Notes: generated by a model not told the origin, from the sequence alone. 63,336 nt of DNA, filler included, from Olpidium bornovanus S191 (GCA_017911155.1; 32 parts of 32 records of this genome joined end to end with filler, not necessarily neighbours in it), one strand, 5' to 3'; shown: positions 22,264 to 34,332, counted from the whole stretch's first letter. Numbers and translations: made by a program.

Positions 22264-23629
22264 CGTCCTCCGCATTGGCTCTTTTTGCGGCTTATTCTCC
22301 CGCAGGCGTTTGGAAAGAGACCGCCCGGGCGAGCGCGGCGCGCGCACGCGTCCGGACGTTCGGAGTGGAGGGAAGGTGTCTTTTTTTTTCTTTTTTTTTC
22401 TTGCTCTTTCTGCTTCTTTTTTCGCCAGTGGTGGTGGGAGGCACAGGCGGAGGGAGGTTCCATGCTTCGGTCACGTGGACCGGTCCGGGCACACTGTCCC
22501 CCGCATGTGTACGCCGAAACGGACGGGCAAGACGAGTGTGCAAAAAGCGTCTGAGGGACTTTCGATCGGGTTAAGCTCAGAACGCCTTTTTTTACGTAGC
22601 GAAGTTTTTCCCTGGGGTTACGGAGGTGTTCACTTTTGGGTAAGGATTCGAACGCCTCGTTTTTCTTCTGTTTTTTTTTTGTGTTTTTTTTGGTTTTTTT
22701 TTCGCATCCCCGCCCCCTCCTCCCTTTCGCCAGCCGTGACAGTATTTCCGCCCGTTTCAAGATCCCACCCCGAGGCTCCGGGGAGTTCGGCAATAAACGA
22801 AGAAGAAGCTGGCTTGCCGACGGGCTCCCATTGGAGGCGGAGAAGAAGGGAGGAAGGGGGGGGGAGATGCGACGAGAACGATAAAAAAAAGAAGTGGGGG
22901 AAGAGGGATTCGTTAACTTCGCAGATTCGAGCATTGCCGCCATCGCACCCAGGAATTTGCCGCGGAACTTTCGTTGTTTTTTTTGCGTGATATGCAGTTT
23001 CGGCTATTCTACAAATGTACAGTTAAATCGTACAGCAGGAATCAAAATTGGAAAAAAACGAATCTTTCTTTTTTTTTATAACTCGTCCGACATGNNNNNN
23101 NNNNNNNNNNNNNNNNNNNNNNNNNNNNNNNNNNNNNNTTAATTAATTAANNNNNNNNNNNNNNNNNNNNNNNNNNNNNNNNNNNNNNNNNNNNAACTGT
23201 GCTTCAGGGACGATTGAAGGCTTCTAAAAAACGAAAGCAAAAGCCGGGCAAACGCGATCCCGGCAAGGAAGGCCAGAAGGAAGAAAGGAAGGGGGCGCAA
23301 GGGCGGCAGGACATGGGCTGCTGCCACACCACCCCATTTTTCCCCGTACTAAATCATAGGGAAGACCTAGCACAGTGGCACCTTCCGCCACCCTCTTTTC
23401 CTTCCGGACGCGAAAAAAAGGGAAGGAAGAAGAAAAGAAGCCGGGAGGGCGCGACGTGCAATAAAGAAAAAAAGAAAGAAAATGTGCCTGGCGAGCGCGA
23501 TGCGTAAAAGAAGAAAGTAAATAAACTGGCGGACGACGCGCCGGAAAAAAATACGACTTATGATTTACGTTATTTAAAGGCAGGTGCGAGCGATATATTA
23601 TTTATAAAAAGTGTCATCCAAGGTGCGGC

Positions 23630-24170
23630 AAATGTTATATTAAGTTCGCTCGAAGGCTCGTTCTGTATACCTTGTGAAGAAGATCGAAGAGAGTTTGTTA
23701 CGACCGGATTAATTGGAATTTGAGGAGTTTTTCTTGTTTTATTCTACCTGCAGTGCTTCCGTTTGGTTTGCGGTCAAAACATGATTTATACTTTTTTTGG
23801 CTTTTATGAACCACACTTGGGGCTGCCCATGGATTAAGATTTACAATCCCAACATGTCAAAGCCTCAATCCTCCGCTACTTTCAGCCAGAGCTCAAGACA
23901 CAATTCCGATAGCTCGGCATTTGCGGTTGGCGGATGGATTGGCCAAGTTGACGAGGAGGGCGAAGAGCGCCCCATCCTGTTTTGGAGCCAAAAAATGAAA
24001 GATGCGGAAACGCGTTATTCGGTTTACGAACAAGAGCTCCTCGCCCTCATTGAGATGGTGAAGGTGCCGCTCCTACTTAGATGGCCGCCCTTTCATCGCC
24101 AAGACCGATCACCGAGGCTTGCAATGGCTGTAGACGTAGAGTCGTCTCTCAAAGCGCCAACCCTCCGGCG
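23630..24170 (+). mobile_element. Ty3/gypsy pol remnant (RT connection and RNase H), frameshifted
   Basis: DSSAFAVGGWIGQVDEEGEERPILFWSQKMKDAETRYSVYEQELLALIE, then after a shift YLDGRPFIAKTDHRGLQWL. Confidence 0.9.
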
Positions 24171-24540
24171 CTCCCCTCCCCTCCCCGAGACCCCCCGGCG
24201 CAATACGGCCACCCCCCTGGCGCACCCGACCCCCCCGGCNNNNNNNNNNNNNNNNNNNNNNNNNNNNNNNNNNNNNNNNNNNNTTAATTAATTAANNNNN
24301 NNNNNNNNNNNNNNNNNNNNNNNNNNNNNNNNNNNNNNNCGCCGAGAAGAATTTGACTTGCGAGGGCGTAACGGAGCGGCTTTTCGGAACGCGACGTTGT
24401 AGCGCCGGTTTTCCGTCCGCACGAAATTTCGAGATGGGAGTGACTTTTTTGTCAACATGGGGTGACTTTTTTGTCAAGTTTTGGCCACTTTTCTGACATG
24501 CTGCCTTGCCCGCCTTTTCCTCAATGTTTTCCTCTGCCAG

Positions 24541-25148
24541 CTGTTGCGTTTGTGAGTGGATGTCTGTTTTGGGGCTTTTCGTTACATTATGTATGACGTA
24601 TTGCTGACGAGCCCCGCTTTTAAATGATCATTGCTGTGTGCACTCCACTGCTCTGCGGTTTGGGATACACGCGTTTCGCGTTTTCGTAGGACCCTCGTTA
24701 CCCGAACCCCAACCAGGTGGGCTCCCGAACCCCAGCAAAAAGCGCAGTTATGAGGTTCGGCAAAGGATAGGAGCCAGCAGACGCTGGACATTGCCAGTAA
24801 CATTTCGTCGGCCAAAACACTCACCCTCAAAATCAAAGAGCAAGTTCTGCTGGCAGAACTTTGTCGATTATCACAAGTGTGTAAAGGCTCGTGGAAAAGA
24901 CTATCTCCCTTGTGGACAGTTCCGTATAGCATACTATCAGTTGTGCCCTGATTTCTGGGTAAGGTTTGGCAAGAATCCTGCCTGGGACATTTTGACATAC
25001 CAGTTTTGTTTTAAAGATTTGCACGCATTCTAAGTTTCTCACCGCGCTCCTTGTTGCCATCCCTTGCATTATTTCCCTGCGTCTGCAAATTGAATATTTG
25101 GACGATCAGATGAGCCGCGGCACGTTCCTTTACGATTTCGACAAATGA
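24541..25148 (+). CDS. COX12: Cytochrome c oxidase subunit 6B (Cox12), 5' partial
   Basis: Exons 24541-24551, 24690-24716, 24839-24958 and 25089-25148 give TVAFDPRYPNPNQSKFCWQNFVDYHKCVKARGKDYLPCGQFRIAYYQLCPDFWIEYLDDQMSRGTFLYDFDK*. Confidence 0.92.
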
Positions 25149-25601
25149 ACAAGATGCAGGGAGGGGCCGTGTGCTGTAGCACGGCCCTTCAACCGCCCGT
25201 CGACCGACGCCACGGAAGGCAGGCGGCGGGCGAAGGCGGGTGCAGGGCAAAAGGCGGCAGGGCAAAGGGCGGCGGAAGATGGGCGCAGAGCGAAGGGCGA
25301 GAGGCGGTCAAAGGGCGGAAGCGGCGGGATCGAGGGCAGGACGGCCCCCGAACCCGGGGGCCGACCAATAGAATAGCCCCCCTCGAAGCCCGCCAATCGA
25401 AGAGCGCTTCCCCCCTTTCCCCCCTCGAAGTCCGCCAATTGAAAGGCTTCCCCCTTGCCCCCTTCCCCCCCCCCAGAGCCGCACGTGGGAACCCCCACCA
25501 ANNNNNNNNNNNNNNNNNNNNNNNNNNNNNNNNNNNNNNNNNNNNTTAATTAATTAANNNNNNNNNNNNNNNNNNNNNNNNNNNNNNNNNNNNNNNNNNN
25601 N

Positions 25602-27221
25602 CATGAAGAACCCCGAAAGCATTCCGAAGGCCCACGGGAGATTCAGAATAAGACGTCTCTTCCCGGATTCGTTGAGGCAGATCTCCATCAGTTCTCGGTA
25701 AGTATACACTGGTCGGTGCAAAAAAAAAAAAAAATAAAAATCGACAGATAGACAGCGTCTCTGTCTCGCTTCCCACAGCAGTGTTGGAAATTGTTCGATT
25801 TTTCGAGAAAAAAAAAACCAAGAAGGACCCGAACCTTTGGGCCCGCCCGCTTCGATGATCTTTCCTTTGCAACGCTCCCATTCGCCGTCGGTTACCTTCA
25901 CGATGGCGTTCGCGAGATCATTAACGTACACCGGCTGGAAGCGGGTCCGACCACCGCCAAAAACCGGCAGAAACGGCAGGAACGACGCCATTCGGTTGAA
26001 CCGCTGCTTGGGAGTAATTTTTTTTAAAAAAAAAAGGAAAGAAAAAAGGAAACAAACATTTGAGATCTCAAAAGCGGAAGTTACCACCCGGCGGTCCGTT
26101 CAGGTATTCCGCTGTTCGGAAAACGTCAGCAAATTCGTGCCACACTTGCGTTGAAGAAGTCGTCCTCTGGACCGAAACTGGGGAGGCAATGTGGTCGGTG
26201 CTCCTTCCTTCCACAGCCCCGGTAAAGGCTCCGGTAACATGCGCGCGGCGCTGACTCACACGAGGCTGGGCCGTATTATGACGGCATCCGGATGCGCCTT
26301 TCTGACAGCCACCTCGCCCTTGGCTTAGGAAAATCCAGAATAACCGTTAGAACAGGCTCCGTGTCGAACGACGACCGCCCCGCAAGCCAGCGCATCGCCG
26401 GAAGTAACATAACGGTGGAGTTTTCCGCGCGAGTGAGCAATAAAAAATAAAAAGTATAAAAAATAGAAAGAAAAGAAAAGGAAAAAAAAGAAAAAAAAAC
26501 TAAAAATAAAACAATAATAAGGTAAAAGACGAAATAAGAGAATAAGTAAAAAAACGAAAAATTAAAAATTTAAAGCGAAAAAAAAAATAAGCAAAAAAAC
26601 AAAAAATTAGAAATTTAGAGCCAAAAAAAATAAAAAAACGAAATAATGAAAAGTAAAAACGAAAATCTAGAAAATAGCAAAACGGAAAAGTAAAAAACAA
26701 AAGCAAAAAAAAAAATATAAAAAAATAAAAAAAAACGAAAAAATAAAAATAAAAAAACGAAAAAAAAAAACAAAAAACGAAAAATAAAAAAACGAAAAAA
26801 TTAAAAATAAAAAAAACGAAAAATCAAAAATTAAAAAAAATCATTAAAGAATACCCCCGCACTGCCAACCTTTGCTGCCGGCGTACTTCAGATCGGGGTC
26901 TCCGTGCGCGCCGGGGGGCAGTATGGCGCTCAGGTGGACCAGCCGCGCCCCGGCGGCGCGCGCGTACTCCGCGACGCGGCGGGCGCCTTCGAGGTGGACG
27001 TTCTCGAACGTGTTCAGCGGCGGCTGCTCGCTCAGGATGCCGGCGAGGTTGACCACCGCGGCGCCCGGCTTTAGCCGCGGGAGCTGCGAGAGCAGCGCGG
27101 CGGAGGAAGGGGACGCCACGTCGGCCGACGCGCGGTTACCCCGCCCGTCCCGGCCGGCCGACCGGCTGGCGACCATCACGTCGAGGGACCTGCCCGAGCG
27201 CGCAAAGGCAGATTCAACGTG
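25602..27221 (-). CDS. NDUFA9-like atypical short-chain dehydrogenase/reductase, partial
   Basis: Exons 27221-26870, 26323-26260, 26177-26150, 26003-25835 and 25708-<25602 give AVVNLAGIL...FENVHLEGARRVAEYARAAGARLVHLSA...SKAKGEVAV...IIRPSLVFGPEDDFFNRF...FGGGRTRFQPVYVNDLA. Confidence 0.88.
26437..26849 (+). repeat. About 400-bp A-rich low-complexity tract inside an intron
   Basis: Degenerate aaaaacgaaaaataaaaa units filling most of the 546-nt intron 26324-26869. Confidence 0.95.
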
Positions 27222-27241
27222 CTGCGCAGGGAGAAAAAAAA

Positions 27242-27273
<32 letters not shown>

Positions 27274-27515
27274 AACCGGGGGGCGGGGGGAAAANNNNNN
27301 NNNNNNNNNNNNNNNNNNNNNNNNNNNNNNNNNNNNNNTTAATTAATTAANNNNNNNNNNNNNNNNNNNNNNNNNNNNNNNNNNNNNNNNNNNNCATGAC
27401 AATCGATCGACGGGAACTGCGCGAAACTCGTACGTATCAAGCTATTTAAAATTTTTTTTCCTGTATGAAGAAAAACAACGTCAAGTTTTTTCACATTGTT
27501 AAATAAAATGTACAA

Positions 27516-28468
27516 TTACTTGTCGGCGAAAACGTGCACGACCCCGCCGTTTGCCGCCCCTTCGAACGCCATAGCGACATCTTCGTCGCAGTTGATCGTG
27601 ATGTAGTCCCCGTCGTCCAGGTACCGCAGCCGCAGCGAGTCGTCGCCGTCGGCGAACGCGCCGGCGATACGGAGCTTCTTCACGATGCGGGCGACGAGAT
27701 CCTCGTACCCTGCTGTGAAGGGGACGCTAATCACGAAGATGTCGTCCAGGTAAGTGACCTTCATTTTGACGAGTTTTGCAGGAGCCGCGGCGGGCGCGGG
27801 CGCGGGCGCGGCGGCCTGGCCGGCCGCCGACGACACGAGCGCTTCGGGGAGACGCGGCACCGGGGGCGGCGGGCTCGAGGACATGATGTCCCGGATATCC
27901 GGGGATGACTGGGAGCGCTTCCGGAACATCTGCCGCCGCTGCCGCTCCAGCTCCAGAGTGTCGCCGCCCTCCGGCGCCTCGCCCCCCTCGCCGGCGGCGG
28001 CGCCGTTCGTCCGCATCAGGTCCGCGTACGTCGCCGCCAGCTGCTCCTCGTCCGGCAGAACGTACGTTTTGCTGGCGGACCTCTGGTGGAACCGGGGCGA
28101 CGCGGGCGTAGAGCGGACCGAATGCCGGTTCGAGCCGTCGAGCGACGGGACGAGAGAAGCGGGGCGGAACTGGTACTCGCCGCCGCCGGCTGGGCGGGCG
28201 GCGGACACCCGCGACGAGAAGCGTCCGGATCGCTCGGAGGCGATCAACGCGCCGACCTCCTGCGGGTCCAGGTTCGGGGCGGAGACCGTGTTCCTGGATT
28301 TCAAGGACGGCCGGCCCGACGAGCTCGACCCGCCGCCGCCGCCGTTCTCCTCCTCGACCACGCGCGCCAGCGTGTCCTTCCACAAGTTCAGCTGCTCCTC
28401 GTTCCTGCACTGCAGGGAGAAGGACTCCATTTCCGCGTCTGCCCAGAACACTTTCAATGTGCATTGCC
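27516..28468 (-). CDS. CDC24: Cdc42 GEF Cdc24/Scd1, last exon (end of PH domain and PB1 domain)
   Basis: LKVFWADAEMESFSLQCRNEEQLNLWK, then KMKVTYLDDIFVISVP...LRLRYLDDGDYITINCDEDVAMAF...*. Confidence 0.88.
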
Positions 28469-28485
28469 CTTTGAGGGGGAAGAAG

Positions 28486-28531
<46 letters not shown>

Positions 28532-28658
28532 GAAGAAAAANNNNNNNNNNNNNNNNNNNNNNNNNNNNNNNNNNNNNNNNNNNNTTAATTAATTAANNNN
28601 NNNNNNNNNNNNNNNNNNNNNNNNNNNNNNNNNNNNNNNNACCTCCAGTGGTCCGCCA

Positions 28659-28770
28659 TTGCCTGAAGACCCAGTGACGGTTAAGGAAGCACTGAATTCT
28701 GGCCACAGCGCTGAGTGGCAAAGGGCGATGGATGCCGAACTCGCAAGCCTACGGCGTCATGGTTCTGGAC
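28659..28770 (+). mobile_element. Ty1/copia pol remnant (region just before RT)
   Basis: PEDPVTVKEALNSGHSAEWQRAMDAELASL matches the copia EPxTxxEAL...WxxAMxxE motif. Confidence 0.75.
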
Positions 28771-29185
28771 AGGATGAGTCCCGCGGGGTGGGGGGGGGGG
28801 GGGGTTCAGGATGGGACGGGATGGGACGGGATGGGACGGGATGGGATGAGGCTCTGGGATGAGTTTATCGTGTCGGGGGGGAAGGGAAGAGGGGGTTTTG
28901 TGCCCCCCTCTCGGTGATTATTTAACTCATTTGATGCCCTTATACGTAAATCACCCCTTTTCCTTTTTTTTCTTCTGTTTTGCGTTCTTTTTGGTGCCGT
29001 GGGGGACACCCGGTAGGAAGGGGGGGGAAGGGGGGGGGGGGGGGGGAAGGCCGCGCGCGCCCCCGCAAGTTGGGGGAGGGGAGTGGGGCCAGCACGAGGA
29101 GTGGGGCGAGGTACATTCTTTTTTTTAAAAAAAAGTGCGCTATCCTCTAAAGTCTAACAGTGCGGATCAAAAGAAAAAGAAAAAG

Positions 29186-29227
<42 letters not shown>

Positions 29228-29366
29228 ACGCCGTCGCAAAAAAAGGGGGGGAGGGGGGGGGTTACACACGCAAACAATTTAAAGGGGCGACAAGAAACGC
29301 CGGCTTCATGCGCGAGGAGGGGGGCGGGGAATTTATTTTCCGCTTGCGCCCCAGCCGCCCCCCCGC

Positions 29367-31549
29367 TCACGGCGACCCGCCTTTGCCGTCTTCGTCCTTT
29401 TCGTCGTCGTCTTCGTCCTCCTCCTCCTCCTCTTCCTCCTCTGACACGCTGATGGTTTCGCCGCCGATGCCGATGCCGATGCCGCCGCCGCCGATGCCGC
29501 CCCCGCCGCCGCCGAGATCGTCGTCGTCGTCGTCAACCTCATCGTCGTCCGACGACGACGACGACGAGGACGACCACGACAAGCCGTTCGCGAATTTCCG
29601 CCGGCGGCGGCGCCCATTGTCCAGCTGCTGCTGCTGCTGCTGCTGATGCTGCTGCTGCTGCTCCTCGTAAATGAGGTACTCGTACTGGTCGTCGGCGTAC
29701 CAGTCCCAGTCGCTTTTGAAAGAGGAAGGGAGGGGGGGAAAGGAAAAGCGAAAATGGGCGAGAGCGGGCGTCACTTCATTCGTTCTTTTTTTTCCGTATT
29801 GGTCGTCAGCCCCCATCCCCCATCCCTCCCTCGCCCACAAAAACCCCCATCCCTCCCTCGCGCCCTCCCCCCCCCTTTTTCCCCACCTCCTCCCGTCTTC
29901 GTCCGGCGGGACGTCGGCCAGCCTCCGCACGGGCTCGCCGCCGCCGCCGCCGTCTTCGCCCCCGCTCCAAGCGCCGGGGCCGCCGGCGACGGGCGGCGGG
30001 GGCCGGCCCAGCCGTTCGGACGCCCTCAGGCGGTGCAGGTGCCTGATCTCCTGCTGGTACCGCTGCTCGTTCTGGATGTGCTTCTGGACGTGCAGGAAGT
30101 ACTCCACGAACACTGCCGCCTGCCCGCTGCGCTTGAGGTCGGAGAGCGTGATGAAGTCGGGGTTCTTGGGCCGGACGCAGTCCATCCTGGGGGGGGGGGA
30201 GGGGGGTTTGTTATGCCGTCGAAAAGCCCTCCCCTCCATCCCCCGCGCCGAATATAAAAAACCAAAAAAAAACAAAAAAAAACTCACATCTGGCACAGGG
30301 CGTCCGTCCACGTGGGACCGTCGTATGCGATCGTCGCGAAACGGGCCGCCTGGCCGCTCCACCACGTCTCCAGCTCGTACAGCGATATGACCCCGTCGGA
30401 GTCCGTGTCCATCACACGGAACCAGTACTCGACGGCCGTCGGCGTGGACTTGTCGACGTCAGAGAGGAGAAACCCTGCGTTGCGGCGAGAAGGAGTAGGG
30501 CGGGAGGAGGAGGAGGAGGGGGGGGGGGGTTAAGAGGCCGACAACAAGGGTTTTTAAGTTTCTCGAAAAAAAAAATGGCAACCCACATATGAAATCGCGG
30601 TAAGTCAGCGCCGGGGCGGCGTCCCACTTCTCGACGCCGAACGAGGCGGACGACGACGAGCGCGGCGACGAGGCGCCCGAGAAGGAGAAGGCGTCGGCCG
30701 GCGGCGCCGCGGCGCCCGCCGAGCAGACCGAGTCGACGGACCCGGACCGGCAGAGTCCGTTTTCATCGTCCGGCGGCGCCGGCGGCGCCGGCGACGGATC
30801 CCACGCTCCGCCCCGGGCCAGGGTCGCCGCCGCCGCCTCCGCGCGGCGCCTCCTCGCGGCGGCCGGCGGCTCCAGGTCGGAGCGCTTGCCGAACCCCCTG
30901 GAGATGCGGCGGATCGCCCGGCTCTGCAGGCACCCGCTCCCGTAGGCCGCCAGGTCGCGCTCCGAGATGAGCATGTCGTGGTCCTGGTCGATCTCCCAGA
31001 ACTTGCAGTATATGACGTAAAAGTGCTTGTACGAGAAGACGGTGCCGTTGCTGTTCATGTCGGTCCAGCGCTCGATGCTCCGCAGTTGCTCCGGGAACCG
31101 CGACCGCCGGAACTCCTCGCGGCTGATGCTCCGCGAGCACGACCGGTTGCTCTCGTAGAACAGTCGAACGATGACGGTTTCCGCTGTAGGGAAAATTCTG
31201 TTTGGTTTATTCTTTTTCTCTAAAAAACGGGGGTCCCCCCCGCGGGGCCCGGGCCCTCCCCCTTCCCCCCCCCCCCCCCCTCCCCCCTTCCTTACCGTAA
31301 CGCTCTTGAAAGAGCGGGTTGTCGCTGAGGAACCGCATCCCCGGGTGGTTCCACACGACCCCCTCCAAGATCTCGGCGAAATCCCGCGGCTTCAGGCCGG
31401 CCGAGACGTACGCTTTTCGATGCCCGGCGGCTTCGCCCGTTGCGGCGCAAGACTGGCTGGACAGCGCGGGATCGATGTTGTGCCGCTCCATGACGCCGAA
31501 CAGCAGCCCGACGCTGTCGTCGTACAGGTCGTTGAAGTAGACCCACGCG
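29367..31549 (-). CDS. PPP2R3: PP2A regulatory subunit B'' (PR72/PPP2R3 family, EF-hand), 5' partial
   Basis: Exons 31549-31296, 31183-30587, 30474-30288, 30186-29887 and 29712-29367 give FSYKHFYVIYCKFWEIDQDHD, DKSTPTAVEYWFRVMDTDSDGVISLYE, DALCQMMD, ITLSDLKRS and SDWDWYADDQY. Confidence 0.92.
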
Positions 31550-31646
31550 CTGGGGTTGTTCCGGAACGGGAGGAAAAGCCCGAGAAAGGGTAAATGGGAA
31601 GGTGTGTGCGCGGCGGAATCAGCGATCACCGTCTCCCGACCGTCCC

Positions 31647-31696
<50 letters not shown>

Positions 31697-33002
31697 NNNN
31701 NNNNNNNNNNNNNNNNNNNNNNNNNNNNNNNNNNNNNNNNTTAATTAATTAANNNNNNNNNNNNNNNNNNNNNNNNNNNNNNNNNNNNNNNNNNNNAAAA
31801 AAAAAACAAAAAAAACCGAAAACTAACAAGCCCGTCACAACGTGAGCAAAAACGGCCCCTTTGCAGTGGGATTCATCGGGCAGTGAGAGATTTAGGAGGT
31901 GCATCGCTTCCAGCTTGTGTTGCGCGTTGATTTCGAACAGGGCAGGTCAGCGACGACGGCGAGTTGGGATCATGTGACTGTATTCTTTGAAGCGGGGAAA
32001 TAGTTCCCCAGGACTTTCGCAGAATGGTTTCTGTTTGGCATAATTTGTGGGAAACCCCGGTCGGCAAAGCATTTCCTTTCTTTTTTTGCTTTTGAGGGAT
32101 TCGCTGCATTCGAAGGATTCCTTCGCGGGATTTGCGAGTTTCGCAGGATTTGCGGTCGGCAGGACGTATTTTTTTGTTTTTTTTTGGAATTCGCGTGATT
32201 CGTTTCTTTTTTCGTTATTGGCGGAGTCGTGTGATTTTATTTGATTTTATTCTTTTCGGCGTTTATATTTGCGGGACTCGGGAGAGTGCCCGCTGGGTCT
32301 GCTGGACCGCCGTTCACACCCCGCGCCATCGTCACCTGTGATATGAAGTGGACCAGCACGTTTTGGCCCACCTTTGAGAAATGGCCGCAAGATCAAAATA
32401 CACCTGGTTACTGCCAGCCACAAAACACAATTTCTTCATCGACACTATCTGGAAACTTTTCCATCCGTGCTTTCTATGCCGAGTTAGCCAACAAAGTTCA
32501 CTGCTTTTGCTGTCGACCTCACACCCATCCACGTTATCGCCGCAAGGCACTTGGTCACCATTAAAGAAGAAGCGACCGTACAAACTCTCCGACACCTCAG
32601 TCATACATCTCCTCATCGATTAATCTCGGACTCTCAACGCGTACATATTGTGAAATCCTAGTAAGTACGCGCAAAAAATGATACCCCAAATGATTATCGG
32701 GGGTAACCCTGGCGGCGTCTCTGAGGTAGAGAGGCTCAGCGAGGTGTAGTAAAGAGAACGTCGCTCTCTCACGGTTTTCTCGGTGCGAAATAGAGACATG
32801 CACCACTGTTCCTGCTTGGCCGCAGTTCTGGCGTCGGGTCCCACCTTCCTCTCCTCCTCCTCCTCCTCGGGCGTCGGACGCTGGGAAATTGCCCGGCGCC
32901 GGTGCGGGCGGACTGTCCGTGGGGTTTCGACGTTGTGAACAACAGTCACTGCACCAAATAAGAGAGGTCCCACCGTACCACATTGCTCCCGCCCAGATAA
33001 AC

Positions 33003-34332
33003 ATGGTCGCGTTGGCCGCGCTCGTGGCGGCCAAACAGTATCTGCACGCGGCGGGCTGGACGACGAGCAGAGCGGCCCTCCTCGCCGCTACCACGCTCGC
33101 CGCCGCTTTCTCCGTGGGGTTCACGGCGGTGGCGGCGCTGCCGCCTCTTGCGCTGGCGCTCGCGCTGGTGTACACGCGTACAGCGAGGGAACCGGTCGGC
33201 GGAGCGCCGGCGGGGATGAGGGAGTCCGTCCGGGCCCATGCCGAGCTATGGCTGGGCTTTGCGCTCGCTCACGTTTTCGCGTACGCGGTTCTGATGAAGG
33301 CTTGTGCGTGTTTTGACCTTACGTGGGTTGTGATGGTTTACGCGCTGGGGACCATTTCCCCCCGACTACAAGGCCGGGCACCGGCTGATACCTAGGCCGT
33401 CCGCTCTTCTTGCCCTCCCGCCGTTTAGACAACTCGCCGGTGTTTCTGCTCCTCACCAGCTGCATTCTTTCGGGTTTATCCGTTGCACCCTTCGCGGCAG
33501 CGTATGCCGTCTCGGAGCGCTTCGCGACTCGGGACTCGAGCTACGGCACCCTCGTCTTTCCGTTGTTTTGGACGACGTGCTTCACAACTTGGTCTGAGTT
33601 GGGCCCCGTCGGAACATGGGGGAGGTGAGCGCTGGCGAAAGTGTTCTCGAACCGATCACAGGCGAACCGGGCAGATCCTCATTTTTCTTTCCGGGTGCTT
33701 TTCGGGGAACAAGTTGGGCGTACGCCATGTCCCCAGTCGGCGCCAATCTCGGGGGATTGCCTATGGTTGACTTCATGTTAGCCTGGGGAAGTTCGCTGGC
33801 GGCGGACATTATAAGCGGCGAGCGCCATTATTGCGAAGCGGACGACGAGTGCCCGCTTTGCGTTCGTGGAGTGAACCCGTCTGGTATACGGAGAACACGC
33901 ACAATAACCGACTCCGATCACCCCCACGTTTTGAATGACGACGAAGTCGACGGAAATGCGGAATTCCAGGATGACGAGGAATCTCAGCTATTGAGACCCG
34001 CCGGTACGGCCGACGTCCGAGTCCTTTCTCCCCTTCATGACTGCGACGAAGAACTGCGCACCGGAAGGCGGAAATGGTTGAGACAGGCGTACGTATGGGT
34101 CATGGTCTTTTTGACCGCGGTAATCATAAGCGAGCTCCGGGACCTCCCCGGTACAGCCCTGACCTCCGGAGACTCACCGGATTTATTGGCCCGGATTTCC
34201 ATCGGATGCGCCATGGCGGAGGCCGACGACGAATCCGGCCCAGTCGTTGAGAAACTGCTTCGGACATCGCGGGCTCTAGCAACGAAGGGCGCCAAGCTCG
34301 TCCTCTGGTCCGAGGCCGCGGTGCAGGTCGCG
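33003..34332 (+). CDS. Apolipoprotein N-acyltransferase (Lnt)-like membrane nitrilase-fold protein, 3' partial
   Basis: Exons 33003-33303, 33429-33624 and 33714->34332. Multiple TM helices, LVFPLFWT, GPVGTWGSWAY and LGGLPMVDF, then the start of a nitrilase domain, GAKLVLWSEAAV. Confidence 0.75.
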
